The translations under genes were made by a program, and so were the position numbers. Shown here one piece after another: positions 1 through 11,590 of a DNA stretch of 64,000 nucleotides (position 1 is the stretch's first letter; each line of letters begins with the position of its first letter). The DNA comes from Convolutriloba macropyga (lineage: Eukaryota), in NCBI RefSeq assembly GCF_964194025.1, contig NC_134478.1:49352001-49416000 (forward strand), written 5' to 3'. Under the pieces are notes generated by a model. It made no database searches. It had not been told where the DNA came from and saw only the letters and a program-made list of their open reading frames with translations.

Positions 1-320
1 TCTCCAACAAAATCAGATCAGACAAAGCTTTAGTGTGTGAAATCTGATATGACGAAGTTTTATCGAGTAAGAGCTGCTAAGGCACCATTTTCTGGAGTAA
101 CAAATATTAGGACTAAATTTTTAACGATTTAGACCTAATTGGACAAAATTTTATCGAGCGTAACCTGAGGACACGACAATTTTTCGAGTGAGATATAATA
201 GGACAATATCCTACTCATAATGATCGGATAAGACAAAATCTCAACGAGTAGGACTTAATCATTCAGTTTTTATCGACTGAGATCTGGTAAGCCAAGCTTT
301 ATCTTGTTAGACCTAATGAG
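1..320. repeat. Degenerate ~30-bp tandem repeat (two ~15-bp subunits), consensus near TTTTATCGAGTAGGATCTAATAAGACAAAA
   Basis: Variants of TTTTATCGAG and GATCTAATAAGAC recur at about 30-bp spacing (e.g. 57-68, 149-158, 266-277). Confidence 0.7.
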
Positions 321-1184
321 TTTATGAAATTAAACATTTCTACTTAAGCTTCGACAACACAAACAAACAAAGTTACTGGTCAAATGTACTGGTATTGAAC
401 GATTTGAGAACATTTTCTAATGATAAAGTCAAGACCAATGTCTCCATTAACACAACCGCTGTCTCTTATGTCTAGACTGCCAAAAACGCCAATGTCATGG
501 TAGTTGATCATTGTCCCCCGATTGATACAGGTCTTTATGTAAAAATAGGTCTCTCCTTCAAACAAGCGAGTTCAATCGTAATGTTAATCAGCATCAATGC
601 TCATCAAAAAGCTAAACATTGCATGCTTTTACAGCACATATCACAAGATTTGTTAAGTCTAAAACTCACACATTTTAATTGTTTTTTTTTTCAAAAAAAC
701 TTCATTCCTACTCATCAAAATGGACGCTGAGTTAATTTACAACAAGTAGTAAAAAAATATCTTGAAGATTTCATAAACAAAAACAAATAAAAATTAGATA
801 GTTGTTCGGATAAAAGGTTCTTATCTCCATTGTCATCAGCCCAAAATTAGATTAATCAGCGAATTTGCGTTCAATAAATCAAATCATAAAAAATACCAAA
901 TACCAATTGATAACAACCCCGTAGGTACATTTTGACATGTCTGCATGAATATTCACCTAAAGAAACGACTTATCTCTAATCTTATATTAGATACGCATAA
1001 ACTAGACTTTTTTAGACCAGCATACGTCGGGCAATTGCATTTCTTTAAGAAAAATAAGATTCGAATATACTGGTACTTATAGATTTTTTAAACCCATTTT
1101 TGCCGTCTCTCTCATAAGCCAGCAGCATTTCAAAACGCCAGGGATTATACGTTAATCGGATAGAAAAGCACACAATATACCTAT

Positions 1185-1790
1185 AGCTATATCGAGTAAC
1201 ATCCAGTAAAACGATTTGCTGAGTAAAATCTAACAAGAAAATGTTTCAACGAGGGAGACATAATAAGGTTTTTGTCAATTAAGATTGGAGGCGACAAAAT
1301 ATCATCGAGTAGAATCCGATAAGAGACGGTTTTTACAATGTAGATCTGATAAGACGAAGAAATATTGTATCGGGTGTAATACCACTAAACCTTGTCGGGT
1401 AAAATCGGGTGAGGCAAAAAAGGGCTGAATAAGATCAGATATATTGAGTTCAATAATATGGTTTGATGACTTTTGGTTTAGTAAGAACGACTAGCACAAA
1501 ATTCTGTCTAGTAACTGAACGATGGAGTAGGATCTAATAAAGCAAAGTTTTTTTCTAGAAAGATGTAAATAGAAAAAGTTTTACTGAGTCAGATTGGAGA
1601 ACAACTTTTCACTTAGTAAAAACTGATCGTTATAACGTTTCTCGGAAAAAGATATGATAATACGACGTTTTATCGTATGAGGTATGACAAGAAGAATTTT
1701 TAATGGATAAATTTTTATAGGACAAAGTTTTATCGAGCAGGTTCTAATAAAACAGAGCCTTATTGAGTACAGTTTCATAAGACCATTTTC
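1185..1790. repeat. Second block of the same degenerate 30-bp tandem repeat
   Basis: ATATCGAGTAACATCCAG, ATCATCGAGTAGAATCCGATAAGAG, GAGTAGGATCTAATAAAGC, TTTTATCGAGCAGGTTCTAATAAAAC. Minus-strand ORF 1581-1778 shows the resulting 5/10-aa periodicity. Confidence 0.7.
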
Positions 1791-1827
1791 CCCGAAAGAT
1801 GAAGTAAGGAAGTACTGACTTTTGTTT

Positions 1828-1913
1828 CAAATAACTTCAAGGTCTTTATCATCGTGGTTCTTGTCGTGGTTCATCCAAATAACTTCAAGGTCTTTATCAT
1901 CACGGTTCTTGTC
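1828..1913 (+). repeat. 38-bp direct repeat, two copies 48 bp apart
   Basis: CAAATAACTTCAAGGTCTTTATCATC(GT/AC)GGTTCTTGTC at 1828-1865 and 1876-1913. Confidence 0.9.
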
Positions 1914-2484
1914 AGTTGTGTAAATATATAAACTATAGTTTTTCTTGATTGTTTGTTAATTATTTTTTGCAATTAGTTCATATAGGTCTCACACTAAGGG
2001 TTTCCAACTGTAATTCTTCTAACCTAATCATTAATCAGCGACACAAATTGGAAGCAAATGACGAGCTTTCATTTTATTCTCAAAACCATTACAAATAAAC
2101 TAAATTTTGATTTTTATTTACGAAAAAAAAACATAATCTACACATTTTTTTTATGTAAGGACAACTTTTACGGCACTTAAGTACTTTTATAAGTGGATAT
2201 TGGAGCACCGTCTTTCAGTTTCTATTGGTCTTCGCCCAATTTCCACAAACCTCTAGTTAAAAATTTTTGCCTAATGGCTACCAGAGTTAGTTTTGTCTAA
2301 TCGAGCTTTCACCTAACATCCTACGCACTAAATTATCTTTATATAATTACAGCTATCGACGGGATGGAGTGCCGTCTCACAAGAATGAAAGGAAACTTCT
2401 GGTTCTAAACTTCTCAAGCTATATAAATGGTTTATTATGTCTTGACAAAAGTAAACCAGCATTTGAAACCAAGTAAAATACAAA

Positions 2485-2540
2485 AAATTTAATATGATTT
2501 GGAACAAATCAACTGCATAAGAACTAAATATGGTATAACC
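2485..2540. repeat. 56-bp direct repeat near the Gypsy 3' end (partner 8860-8915)
   Basis: AAATTTAATATGATTTGGAACAAATCAACTGCATAAGAACTAAATATGGTATAACC; 53/56 identical to 8860-8915. Confidence 0.9.
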
Positions 2541-2997
2541 TCGGCTTCAACAAATTTTAATCTGCACAAGTATAAAATTTAGGATATTAATAATATATGT
2601 ACTGTTTATTATATATAGTAGATAAATGGGAACAATAACAAGCCAATAGATAAGCGCAGTGTAGATGAAGAACTTATACCAGGTAAATTAATTCAATGTA
2701 AACTCGTTACATTTACGTGCAACCGTATTCATAAAAACCAAAATTAATGCACAATTGAGGTGCGAATACAATAAATTTACTGATTAAGAAGTACTGCACC
2801 AAAAACGAAATTTAATTTAATGTCTGCAAATTAAACACGTTCACAAATAAATACTGAAAGCTAACAGAAAAGTTTGCTGAATAGTTGCACAAATCCAGAT
2901 CTAGATTAAATAACTGACAATTGAATGAACAATTTAAACTAAAGTTTTAATGAATGCAAAGAATTATTCAGTTTTAATGACAGTTTTATTCAGAGTT

Positions 2998-3426
2998 TTA
3001 AATTTGATTCTCAGCGTCGAAGACGCTCATGCTAATTTCCCTTGCACAATCATCATATTCGTAGTCTTCTGGGGTATCAACTGGCGGAGTTGCAGGAGGG
3101 CAGACAAAAGGCATTTCAAAGGACGTTTCAGTAGAAGGTGGTTGAAGCGCCTCTTCTTGAATCACCGTCTCGATGACAGGGTTGGTAGCTTTGTGTCTCC
3201 TTGGTGCAGGAGCAGAGTCGTCGCTAACCAAACCTACGTAATTTTCAAAGCCAAAATAGTTTGGCGCTTTGCGGTTTCCTTTCGATTTCGACGTGGAAGG
3301 CGAGGCGGTTGACGAGGTGACCGATGACGCAGCAACTGATGAGGCATTGGATGTATTCAACGTGGTCGAGGATTGCCGCGATCGATTTCTTCCAGATTGG
3401 GGTTTTTTGGGTTTGCGAAAAGACAT
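2998..3426 (-). CDS. S/T/P-rich, acidic-tailed ORF at the 3' end of the Gypsy element (likely frameshifted C-terminal extension of pol, or an extra ORF)
   Basis: 142-aa ORF in GC-richer element sequence directly downstream of the integrase fragments; no recognisable domain. Confidence 0.45.
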   Translation of the reverse strand: MSFRKPKKPQSGRNRSRQSSTTLNTSNASSVAASSVTSSTASPSTSKSKGNRKAPNYFGFENYVGLVSDDSAPAPRRHKATNPVIETVIQEEALQPPSTETSFEMPFVCPPATPPVDTPEDYEYDDCAREISMSVFDAENQI

Positions 3427-3682
3427 GGCCTTAGAAAGATTGCTGTTAGCAGACGATATTCCGGTGGCAGCATCTGTTTGGGTTGGTCTCTGTCTAATTT
3501 TGATTTCCCCGATATTTTTTCTTTAGGTCTTTAGTATGCTGGGCTATTTTTCTTCGGTTGTCTTTTCGTACGAGAGGGGACGTTGCTGGGCATATTGCCA
3601 AAGGTCAGTGTTACGCTCGGCACAGGTTCCAAACTTGGCGATGTCACTATCCCTGATCCTGACTTCAGGGACTCCGGATTCC

Positions 3683-4870
3683 TTAATTACAGTCGTAGTG
3701 GGCGAGATTCTCACGACAGTACAGCCTGGGGACAACGTTTCCCAGAGTCCTCGGAGGTCCCTCTTTGACCGTTCGGACACTTTGAGAGCTAGTTTGATGT
3801 CTGACGATTTTTCTGACCCCGGTATCGGGTTGTTTTAATTTGGGATGCATGATAAATCGTGCTACTGATTTATTTTTGTCCCCATTATACCTGCGTCCTG
3901 CATCCATATGAGCCTTCTGCCTTGCCTTCTCTTTCAAGATATCGCTGCGGTCACCGGTCACCCATCCGTTGTCGTCAAGATAGTCCTTCACGGGAACCGT
4001 GTCTGCGTCTAAATAGTGATGAAGAATGTTGTCAAATGATAAATTTGATGACTTTGGTATTATACTAATATTACTTAGTGGTGTGTTTGGCTTTCTTCCA
4101 AAATGTGCTTGGAAAGGTGTTACATTTGTTGTCTTCTGTTTGCATATACGTAATTGATATACTATTGACTTTATTGCTTCTTTAATAGTGAATGTGTTAT
4201 TTCTATTGTCTAATTTCATGCAGCTTAGATGTCTTTTAATTGTTTGTATCAAACACTCCACTAATCCAATGGTTCTATGGTCAATAGCAGGGCAGTGTTA
4301 ATGTTAACATTATGTTTTTTACAGAAGTTGTTTACTTTATATGCAATTAAACAACGTGCTTGATCTAACCTAATGTTTCGGGGAACACCGTGTATTTGAA
4401 TATATTCATCTAAAAATTTAATTACAATAGGTCCATTTGCTTTTTCGAAGACTTCTACTGTAGGGAATTTGGAAAAACGGTCAATACATGCGAGAAAATG
4501 TATATCTTGACCTTTTTCATTTGTAATGGAGCCAACAAAATCAATCTGTATTTCTTCATTAGGTTCTGAACAATTTAAAAAAGGCATTCATTTCAACGCC
4601 GGAGTGATGGGTTTGAGGTTCTTACCAATATCAGTACAAGGCTTGCACTGGGCAGCCTTGTTAAGGATCTCCAGGTGCATGTATGGCCAGAACGCATACT
4701 GCCCAAGGGTAATCAGACCCCAACTGCCAGGGTGAGTGAGGTGAACGCTTTCTTACACAGCGTCCTGGATTGAGTGTGGTATTGCCACACGTTCGTCTAC
4801 GCAGACGCAGCCGGACCGAGCATGGAGATCCCTCCAATAAGAGAAGAGGTAGGGGTTCACCTCCTGACAT
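3683..4870 (-). pseudogene. Gypsy integrase remnant (H2C2 + rve core + C-terminus)
   Basis: HPGSWG...CKPC around 4630-4740; ORF 4261-4587 IQIDFVGS...CIDRFSKFP...HGVPRNIRLDQA; ORF 3683-4261 TPFQAHFGRKPNTPL. Confidence 0.92.
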
Positions 4871-5459
4871 CGTTATGCATCATTTTGGAGGATACAGTCT
4901 CGCACTTCTTTGAGGACTGCATCCTTGCTTGTGAGTACAGCCAAGAACACTTTGGTGATTAACTGTGTCAAGTTATTCTCGAACACCTCTTCTTTGGACA
5001 GTTTAAGGTTTGGAGAATTTTGGGCTTCATTAGAAGAGTGTGTTGAATTCACTGCTGAATTCGGTGTAGATTGAAATGTGACCCTGCTGTGGGTAGGAAG
5101 GTTTTCTGGATTTGACCTCGGGTTGCTCATATTTGCTTGAGAAGTTGGGTATTTTTGCGTTGTATTTGTTTGCAAATTAGAATGAGGTTGTAATTTGAAT
5201 TTTTAATTGAGTTTTTGTGCAAGTTGGAATTTGATTGGGTTTGAGCTGCGTTTGCAGAATTATCAAGGAGCAACTGAGTTGTGTTACGATTAATGGCAGA
5301 GAGCAAAATGGAATAGTTTGTTGAGTGACGATGTGAGGCACGTGTGGAATGTGTGTGATTGACGCTTCTAAAGTGCTGTGATTGACAGTTTTGCTGTGTG
5401 GTATTTACATAAATTGCTGCAATAGCGTTACGAATGCGGGTAAACGTTGCTACCGCAAT

Positions 5460-6800
5460 TTCGTCATCGTATTTGTTTGTGACTTTTGCTTCTTGATTTG
5501 GTTGGCGCGAAATGTAATCTACCAGCCCCATTCTTGCGCCTGGTATATGTTCAATATTTAAATCAAAGGGTAAAAAAAGATCTACCCAACGGGTTAAACG
5601 ACTATTATATGATTTGTAAATTGGTGTTCTGTCATAATAGAAAGTAGTGCTCGATGATCTGTTATGATTCTGAATGAATTGCCGAATAAATAATTTTTGA
5701 AATATTCTACGGACCACACAACCCCTAATAATTCTAATTCATTAATACTGTAACGTTCCTCATTTGAACTCAGGAAACAAAACGCGAATGCAACCCTATG
5801 CCAACCTGTCGGTGAACGTTGTTCTAATGCTGCTCCTAATCTGGCTCCAGATGCACCGCATTTGGTCCGCGTTTCCAAGTGTGGATTATAATGTGTGTTT
5901 TCCGTTGCGTTTGCAACTTTATTTTTTAATTGATTGGAAGTGAGTTTCAAGTTCGTCATTGCAGATGAATTTTGTATTCTTTTAAGCACTGGCCGAAGTG
6001 GATGATATAATTGAGATAAAATAGGGATGAATTTACCTAGATAATGAACTGAACCTAGGAATGAGCGTAGTTGCTTTAGATTTTTAGGTGCTGATAAGTT
6101 TAATATTGCTGCTGTTTTAGATTCAAGTGGGGCGATTCCTGACTGAGTAAATTTATGGCCTAACCATTCTATTTCAGTTTTAACGAAATGACATTTAGGT
6201 AAAATTATTCTCAAATTATCGTCGTCCAAATTTTTTAAACATTTGTAGACTAACTTCAAGTGATCTTCTTTAGAACCTCGACTGACTATCATAATATCAT
6301 CTAAGAAACAGTAAGTATTATTTAGTCCCAATAAATTATGGTCCATTACTTTTTGGGTTGCTGCTGGCATGTCAGTTAATCCGTAAAATCCTGTAATAAA
6401 GTGATATGTACCAGTGCCTTTACCACTAATAATATTGAACTTGCAATGCCTAGCCGTTTCCGGGTCTAAATTAAGTTGACTGTATGTGTACTTCAAATCC
6501 AGTGCTGAAAAATATGCTGTTTCCTCTGACGCATTTGTCTTTAGTTTTTGTTGAATTGTGTCAATTAAGTAGTCTATATTCGTCATTTGATATTTATTTT
6601 TATGGATAGATTTATTTAAGATTTCTGAATATAAGGCTATTTTAACTGTTTTGCCTCTTTTTACTGTGATAACAATAGGTGAAATGAACTTTTATCTGAA
6701 CAACTATTTACCTTTATGATTTGTTTTTCTGCAAGTAATTTTTTAAGTTCATCATTAACTAAATGTTGTAAATTAATTGGGACCCTACGACCTTTTTGGT
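5460..6800 (-). pseudogene. pol: Gypsy reverse transcriptase-RNase H remnant
   Basis: ORF 5594-6586: YFSALDLKYTYSQL, GFYGLTDMPA, YCFLDDIMI, KCHFVKTEIEWLGH, LRSFLGSVHY. ORF 5127-5717: RLTRWVD...IEHIPGARMGLVDYISR. Confidence 0.95.
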
Positions 6801-6901
6801 GTGTAGGTGTAAAGTTTTATAAGGTATAAGTTTTAAGGTGAAACTTAGATTTAACTGAGTGTTTTAATGATTTACCGATTCTTACGATTAGAACTGCGAA
6901 G

Positions 6902-7270
6902 TTAAAAGCTATCTGTTTTATTGATTAAGCGTTGGTTTTGATCGACATTCGCAACTTGTTTTATATGGGTGAGTGAAAAGCCACGTTTCGGGTGGAGATC
7001 TCGTCCGATTATGGGTCTATGGCCATCTTCCACTGCTGCCACATTAACACCCGTAGCGACCCAACCGTTACACTTGGTTGAGGTTTTGATCACTCCAATT
7101 GTTTTGATTAGATCATTAGAGAAAGTTTTAAGATCGTGCATCTCTGGTGATTGTACCAGAAGCTTTATTTACATTCTGACACTACTGTAGTTGCAAGGCT
7201 TTTATTAATTTTAGTGCACACGCCTCCCGAATCCACTAGAGCTTTTGCACTGGTATTCCCGATGTAAATG
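6902..7270 (-). pseudogene. Gypsy aspartic protease remnant
   Basis: Reverse strand near 7215-7260 reads GNTSAKALVDSGGVCT; ORF 6902-7141 has the C-terminal PIIGRD motif. Confidence 0.85.
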
Positions 7271-7278
7271 TCTAAATT

Positions 7279-8504
7279 TTATGGTTCCACTCCTCTAGTA
7301 TCATTATAAAAGGAAATTGTAGCAACACAGTTGTCATCATAGTCATCATAATCTGAATCGTAATTTCCAACGTAGATACTTTGTTTTTGCAGCAGTCTAT
7401 CTATATGGTTAACTTGCTCTCCGACTGTGGCTGAAGTACCCACAATTTCCGCCTCGGAAATAGAACCATCTACATTGTTTACTCTGGGTTTTGGCTTATA
7501 TTGGTGTTCAGGTTTTCTGCAAACTTTCGCAAAGTGGTTGGCAATACCGAAGTTTTTGCAGTTCTTCCCACGGGCAGGACAGTTTTGTCGATGTGCGGCT
7601 GACCATCCACAGCCACAGTTAGGACAAATTGTAGGTTTCACAAATTGGTTTGTTGGAGATCGCGATCTATTCCAAGATCCTTGTATATTGTTTACAGATG
7701 TAGTTGTGATCTCATTGGTTGTCGAATGCATGGTGGTTCCAGGTATTTCCAACTGGTTCTGTATGCCCATCTCAATATTCATGTCGACTTCTAATGCCTT
7801 TTTAACCGTTCTCGTCTCCATTAGCAGTTCTCTCTAGATCTCGCCGTCCAGCATATTGGCTATAAAAACGTCACGAATGATTGATTCCTCATGACTTCCT
7901 AAGTCGCAGTTCAAAGATAGTTCCCGGAGACAACCATAAAACTTTTCTACAGGCTCTCTTTTCAATTGTTTTCCTAGTTGAGAAGGTATGTCGATCGAAG
8001 GTGGTATTTCGCTGTTTTGTAAACACCTGATCTAGACTCTCCCAAAGATCCTTTGTTGTTACACGATCAATCTGGATATTTGGTTCTTAGGAACCAAATA
8101 TTTGTCCTTCTTCCATCCCTAGGCTAAGATAAGTCAGAGAGACAGCTTTTTTGTCGCAAAACTTCCAAGGTTTATCGCTTCACAATATACCTGCAAGTTC
8201 TATCTTCCGACAACGATTTAACCACGCATTCTTGAGTTGCTCGTTCCGAATTTTTCGATCTCTCTCGCTCTGAGACGTACTGTTCTCAACATTATCCTCG
8301 TAAATAGGTTCTGGAGGGAAGATGACTTTGTTCGTGGGATCTTCGCGGAGGGTGTCGATCAAAATACCCTATTTTGCCAGGATGTTCAACTTTAACATTA
8401 TCTGCCAGCGATCCTATCTTAAAGGTGGTTCTAGTGTTGGTTTCTCCCAAAAGGGTTCGATTCCAACGAGTACACGTTCTTTGACTGCTGACTGCACCAT
8501 GTGA
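7279..8504 (-). pseudogene. gag: Gypsy gag remnant with zinc knuckles
   Basis: ORF 7279-7821 contains CPNCGCGWSAAHRQNC and CKNFGIANHFAKVC. Upstream fragments, including ORF 8180-8362, are interrupted by stops. Confidence 0.85.
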
Positions 8505-8859
8505 TACCTCTGACTGTGGAGCTTTGTATATGAGCCACGAATACGCCTTAGACTATCTCAATTGGATTCGAGGCGCGAATCCAATGTATTAATAAATTGT
8601 TGGATTACCACTTTTAGCTTTGTTCTGCAATAGAGCTACGAATGTAGTCTTAATCTGACAACGTGGAAATCCTTCTCAAATCCAGATAGGATTATTTTGA
8701 CTGCAAATTTAAGAAGATTGAGATCCACTGAATTATTTGAGATAAGTTAAGCGAAGGAAATATCAACAAAGTGGGAGATGTGAACAAACTCAAAAGTCGA
8801 CTTATTAGTCGGCGGCAAACTTAACTTACGTGAAATATGACTTTTACTAAGACAAAGGC

Positions 8860-8915
8860 AAATTTAATATGATTTGGTACAAATCAACTGAATATGAACT
8901 AAATATGGTATAACC
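8860..8915. repeat. 56-bp direct repeat at the Gypsy 5' end (partner 2485-2540)
   Basis: AAATTTAATATGATTTGGTACAAATCAACTGAATATGAACTAAATATGGTATAACC, followed by GTACCACA (TG start on the minus strand). Confidence 0.9.
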
Positions 8916-9181
8916 GTACCACAGACTCCATTGATTGAAACCTTAAAACAGATATCACTTTTCTGCATAACTTACGGGTGACGTCAAAAAGTAATCAGTG
9001 TGAAAAAAGAAGTCGCTTGATTGAAGTTTTATCTATTCTGACAGGCACTCTGATGAACTTTCAATGCCGTCAATGAGCAATTCATACACAAAAACTGAAC
9101 AAATTTTTTGACAACTTGACAGTATATCAAATTTACAAAAAAAAAACTGACGGCAAAAATAGTTACGATGTTTGCTATAGA

Positions 9182-9545
9182 CCCGGGTCTGGATGTCAGC
9201 GCAGTTTCAGCGAACTTTTTTGAATGAAGTAGTATAGAAAATGCACTTAGGGCGCTGAAATACGCTGAAAAATTGAGAATGCTTTAAAATTCCAGCGCAT
9301 TTCAGCTCAATTCTTACATAATTTCAGCCTCATTTCAGCACATTTTTAACATAATTCTTGGTATTTTTGCAGCGGATTTCATACACAGTTTCAGCGAATT
9401 TCAGCTCATTTTTATAGGAAGTTTATACCGTGACGCTCTTATAATTTGTGAAGGAATGCCCGTAAATGCGCTGAAAATAACATTTTTCAGCGCATTTCTA
9501 ACAAAATTTCAGTTCATTTCAGCATATTTCAGCGCATTTTTTACA
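9182..9545. mobile_element. One end of a CCCGGGT-terminated non-autonomous DNA transposon with TTTCAGCG subterminal repeats
   Basis: CCCGGGTC at 9182 followed by many TTTCAGC(G/T)/CGCTGAAA motifs in both orientations; other end not found. Confidence 0.6.
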
Positions 9546-10187
9546 TAACGGCTAATTATTAGAGAACCAAATAAAATGAGAACAATTTCCGGAACTAATG
9601 GCACAGGGAATTGGGTGACAACTAATAAACATTAGAGCAATTTTCGAGACTGAGACAACACCAGAAACGCACATCTCTAAATTGTAAAGAGCTTCAAACA
9701 GTTAGAGACTCCAAAAGAACTAGAAAAATTAGTTGTTAAAGAGAATCCAAATGATTATAGAGATACGAATAAACAAGAGGGAGTGCTTCACTAAACTTCA
9801 CACAAAGATTTCGATCTTTGTAAATAATTCTATATGATAAATAACTTTGTTATGACAGAACAAACAAAAAAAAACAACAAAAAAGTGAGACACTTATGGA
9901 ATCAAATTTGTGCACTCTATGTGCTAGGTTTTAATTTTTCTTTGCTTTTGCTGGCTGCTGGCTAATTACAGTAGTTTCTCAGTTGTCCTTTCAGTTGTTT
10001 CAAAAAATCAAAACAACACATTGGAATTGTTGGCGAATCATAATAAATAACAACATCACAAACAGAGATGTTATTTAATTATCTAACAAAATTTTTGATC
10101 AAGTTTATCTCGTTGTAGCCGCCGATACGAATCATTTGAGTCATCAATGAGAGATAAAGGCGCTTTCAAAACTCAGGAAAAGGTATT

Positions 10188-10234
10188 TTGATTCCAACGC
10201 ACAGAACCATAAAGATTCTGTGCGTTGGAATCAA
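10188..10234. repeat. Perfect 19-bp inverted repeat with 9-nt loop
   Basis: TTGATTCCAACGCACAGAA-ccataaaga-TTCTGTGCGTTGGAATCAA. Confidence 0.95.
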
Positions 10235-10540
10235 CAAAGTGAGAAAGTGAATCAACCTAACTTTCTATGGAATGCTTTCAAAAAATGCATTATCAATTTT
10301 CTCAATAATAATAGCTAATTTTGCTTTCCAAAATTAGCTATTAAAATAAAGGAAAATCTCACAAAAAATACCAATTTTCAAACTCTACTTGCAAACTCAA
10401 AACCAAGACTCCTTAATTTTTATCGAAAACTAAAACAGATCAGTCTTGAGATATTCCTTTTTCATGTGACGCGATGGACAGGATCTTCTAATTGGAGCGT
10501 CTAAGAGAGTGATTGAGTGAATTGAGTTTGAACAACATCG

Positions 10541-10724
10541 NNNNNNNNNNNNNNNNNNNNNNNNNNNNNNNNNNNNNNNNNNNNNNNNNNNNNNNNNNNN
10601 NNNNNNNNNNNNNNNNNNNNNNNNNNNNNNNNNNNNNNNNNNNNNNNNNNNNNNNNNNNNNNNNNNNNNNNNNNNNNNNNNNNNNNNNNNNNNNNNNNNN
10701 NNNNNNNNNNNNNNNNNNNNNNNN
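10541..10724. other. Assembly gap flanked by inverted copies of the same repeat terminus
   Basis: N run; left flank GAGAGTGATTGAGTGAATTGAGTTTGAAC is the reverse complement of right flank GTTCAAACTCAATTCACTCAATCACTCTC. Confidence 0.95.
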
Positions 10725-11590
10725 TCGTTCAAACTCAATTCACTCAATCACTCTCTTATCCCTTAAATTTTCGGATCAAAACATAGTTACCAGGTACAAC
10801 CATGTAAATTAAACCTATTGTTTTATTCCTATTTGCAGATGCTCCAAGTAGAGGAAGTTGTCCACCGCTTCACATGAATTAGGATTATACCATGACTGAA
10901 TTGTTTTTGTTGTCAATGAAAAGTTTTTTTACTTTTCTAGTATTGCGCTTTGAAAAAATGTTGCCTTTGAATTTGGAAGGAGTGTTTGAAAACTCAACAG
11001 TTTGTGCAAAAAAATTTTTCAACAGTTGATTTCAAAAAAAGATTAGGTCAATTTGCTTTTTAAGTTATATTGCTGGCGAAAAGATTGGAACAAAAAACAA
11101 ACTATTATACGAAGATGAAATTTGTCTCTTGCTAGTTATTTGATGTTTATCAAACGTAATTACCTATAAAATTTCAGAAAAGGAGAGTGAACGAAGTAAA
11201 ACAAAAAAAAACTTTATATTTTTTTTAATTGATTTTCGACTTTTTTCATGGAACTAATATTGATTTATTAAAAAATGGAAACATTAAAAAAACAATTTTC
11301 TGTTTCTAAAAATGACCTTGATATCTGGCATGTATTTGTCACCTAACAGTAGATGTTTACGTTTTTTAGGTATTTACTAAAAGTTTAGGTATATATTCTA
11401 GATGATCAGAAAATTCACGAAGTTTTTTATTAGTGAAAGGATTCCATCAAAAATTAGGTTATTTCTCACATTGTTTTAACTTCAATTTTTCTGGGCATCC
11501 GAATCAAAACAATGTGTCTTGATCCCGAAAATTAAAAAGAGTGATTGAGTAAAGCGATTTTGTACAACATTGTTGAGTTTGAATTATATA
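10725..11590. mobile_element. Non-autonomous TIR element (TTCAAACTCAA...TTGAGTTTGAA) ending in (TA)n; diverged direct copy of ~12010-12950
   Basis: Imperfect inverted ends including CTCAATCACTCT / AGAGTGATTGAG; interior aligns by eye with 12010-12915; both copies end GTTGAGTTTGAATTATATATA. Confidence 0.65.

Larger units (their letters stand above)
2341..8923 (-). mobile_element. Ty3/Gypsy retrotransposon, decayed (gag-PR-RT-RH-IN plus 3' ORF)
   Basis: Domain order on the minus strand: Gag zinc knuckles, protease ALVDSGG, RT (FSALDLK, YGLTDMP, FLDDI), RNase H (YSINELELLGVVW, TDHRAL), integrase (H2C2; IQIDFVG...IDRFSKF; RLDQA). Many stops and frameshifts. Starts TGTGG at 8923; the low-coordinate boundary is approximate. 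Confidence 0.95.

Noticed and set aside
497-730. Possible upstream GPCR exon (TM3-like ASSIVMLISI)
   Set aside because: Cys-to-motif spacing is wrong, no DRY-like motif, and no convincing splice sites.
2950-8504. Plus-strand ORFs over the Gypsy element
   Set aside because: Antisense shadows of gag/pol.
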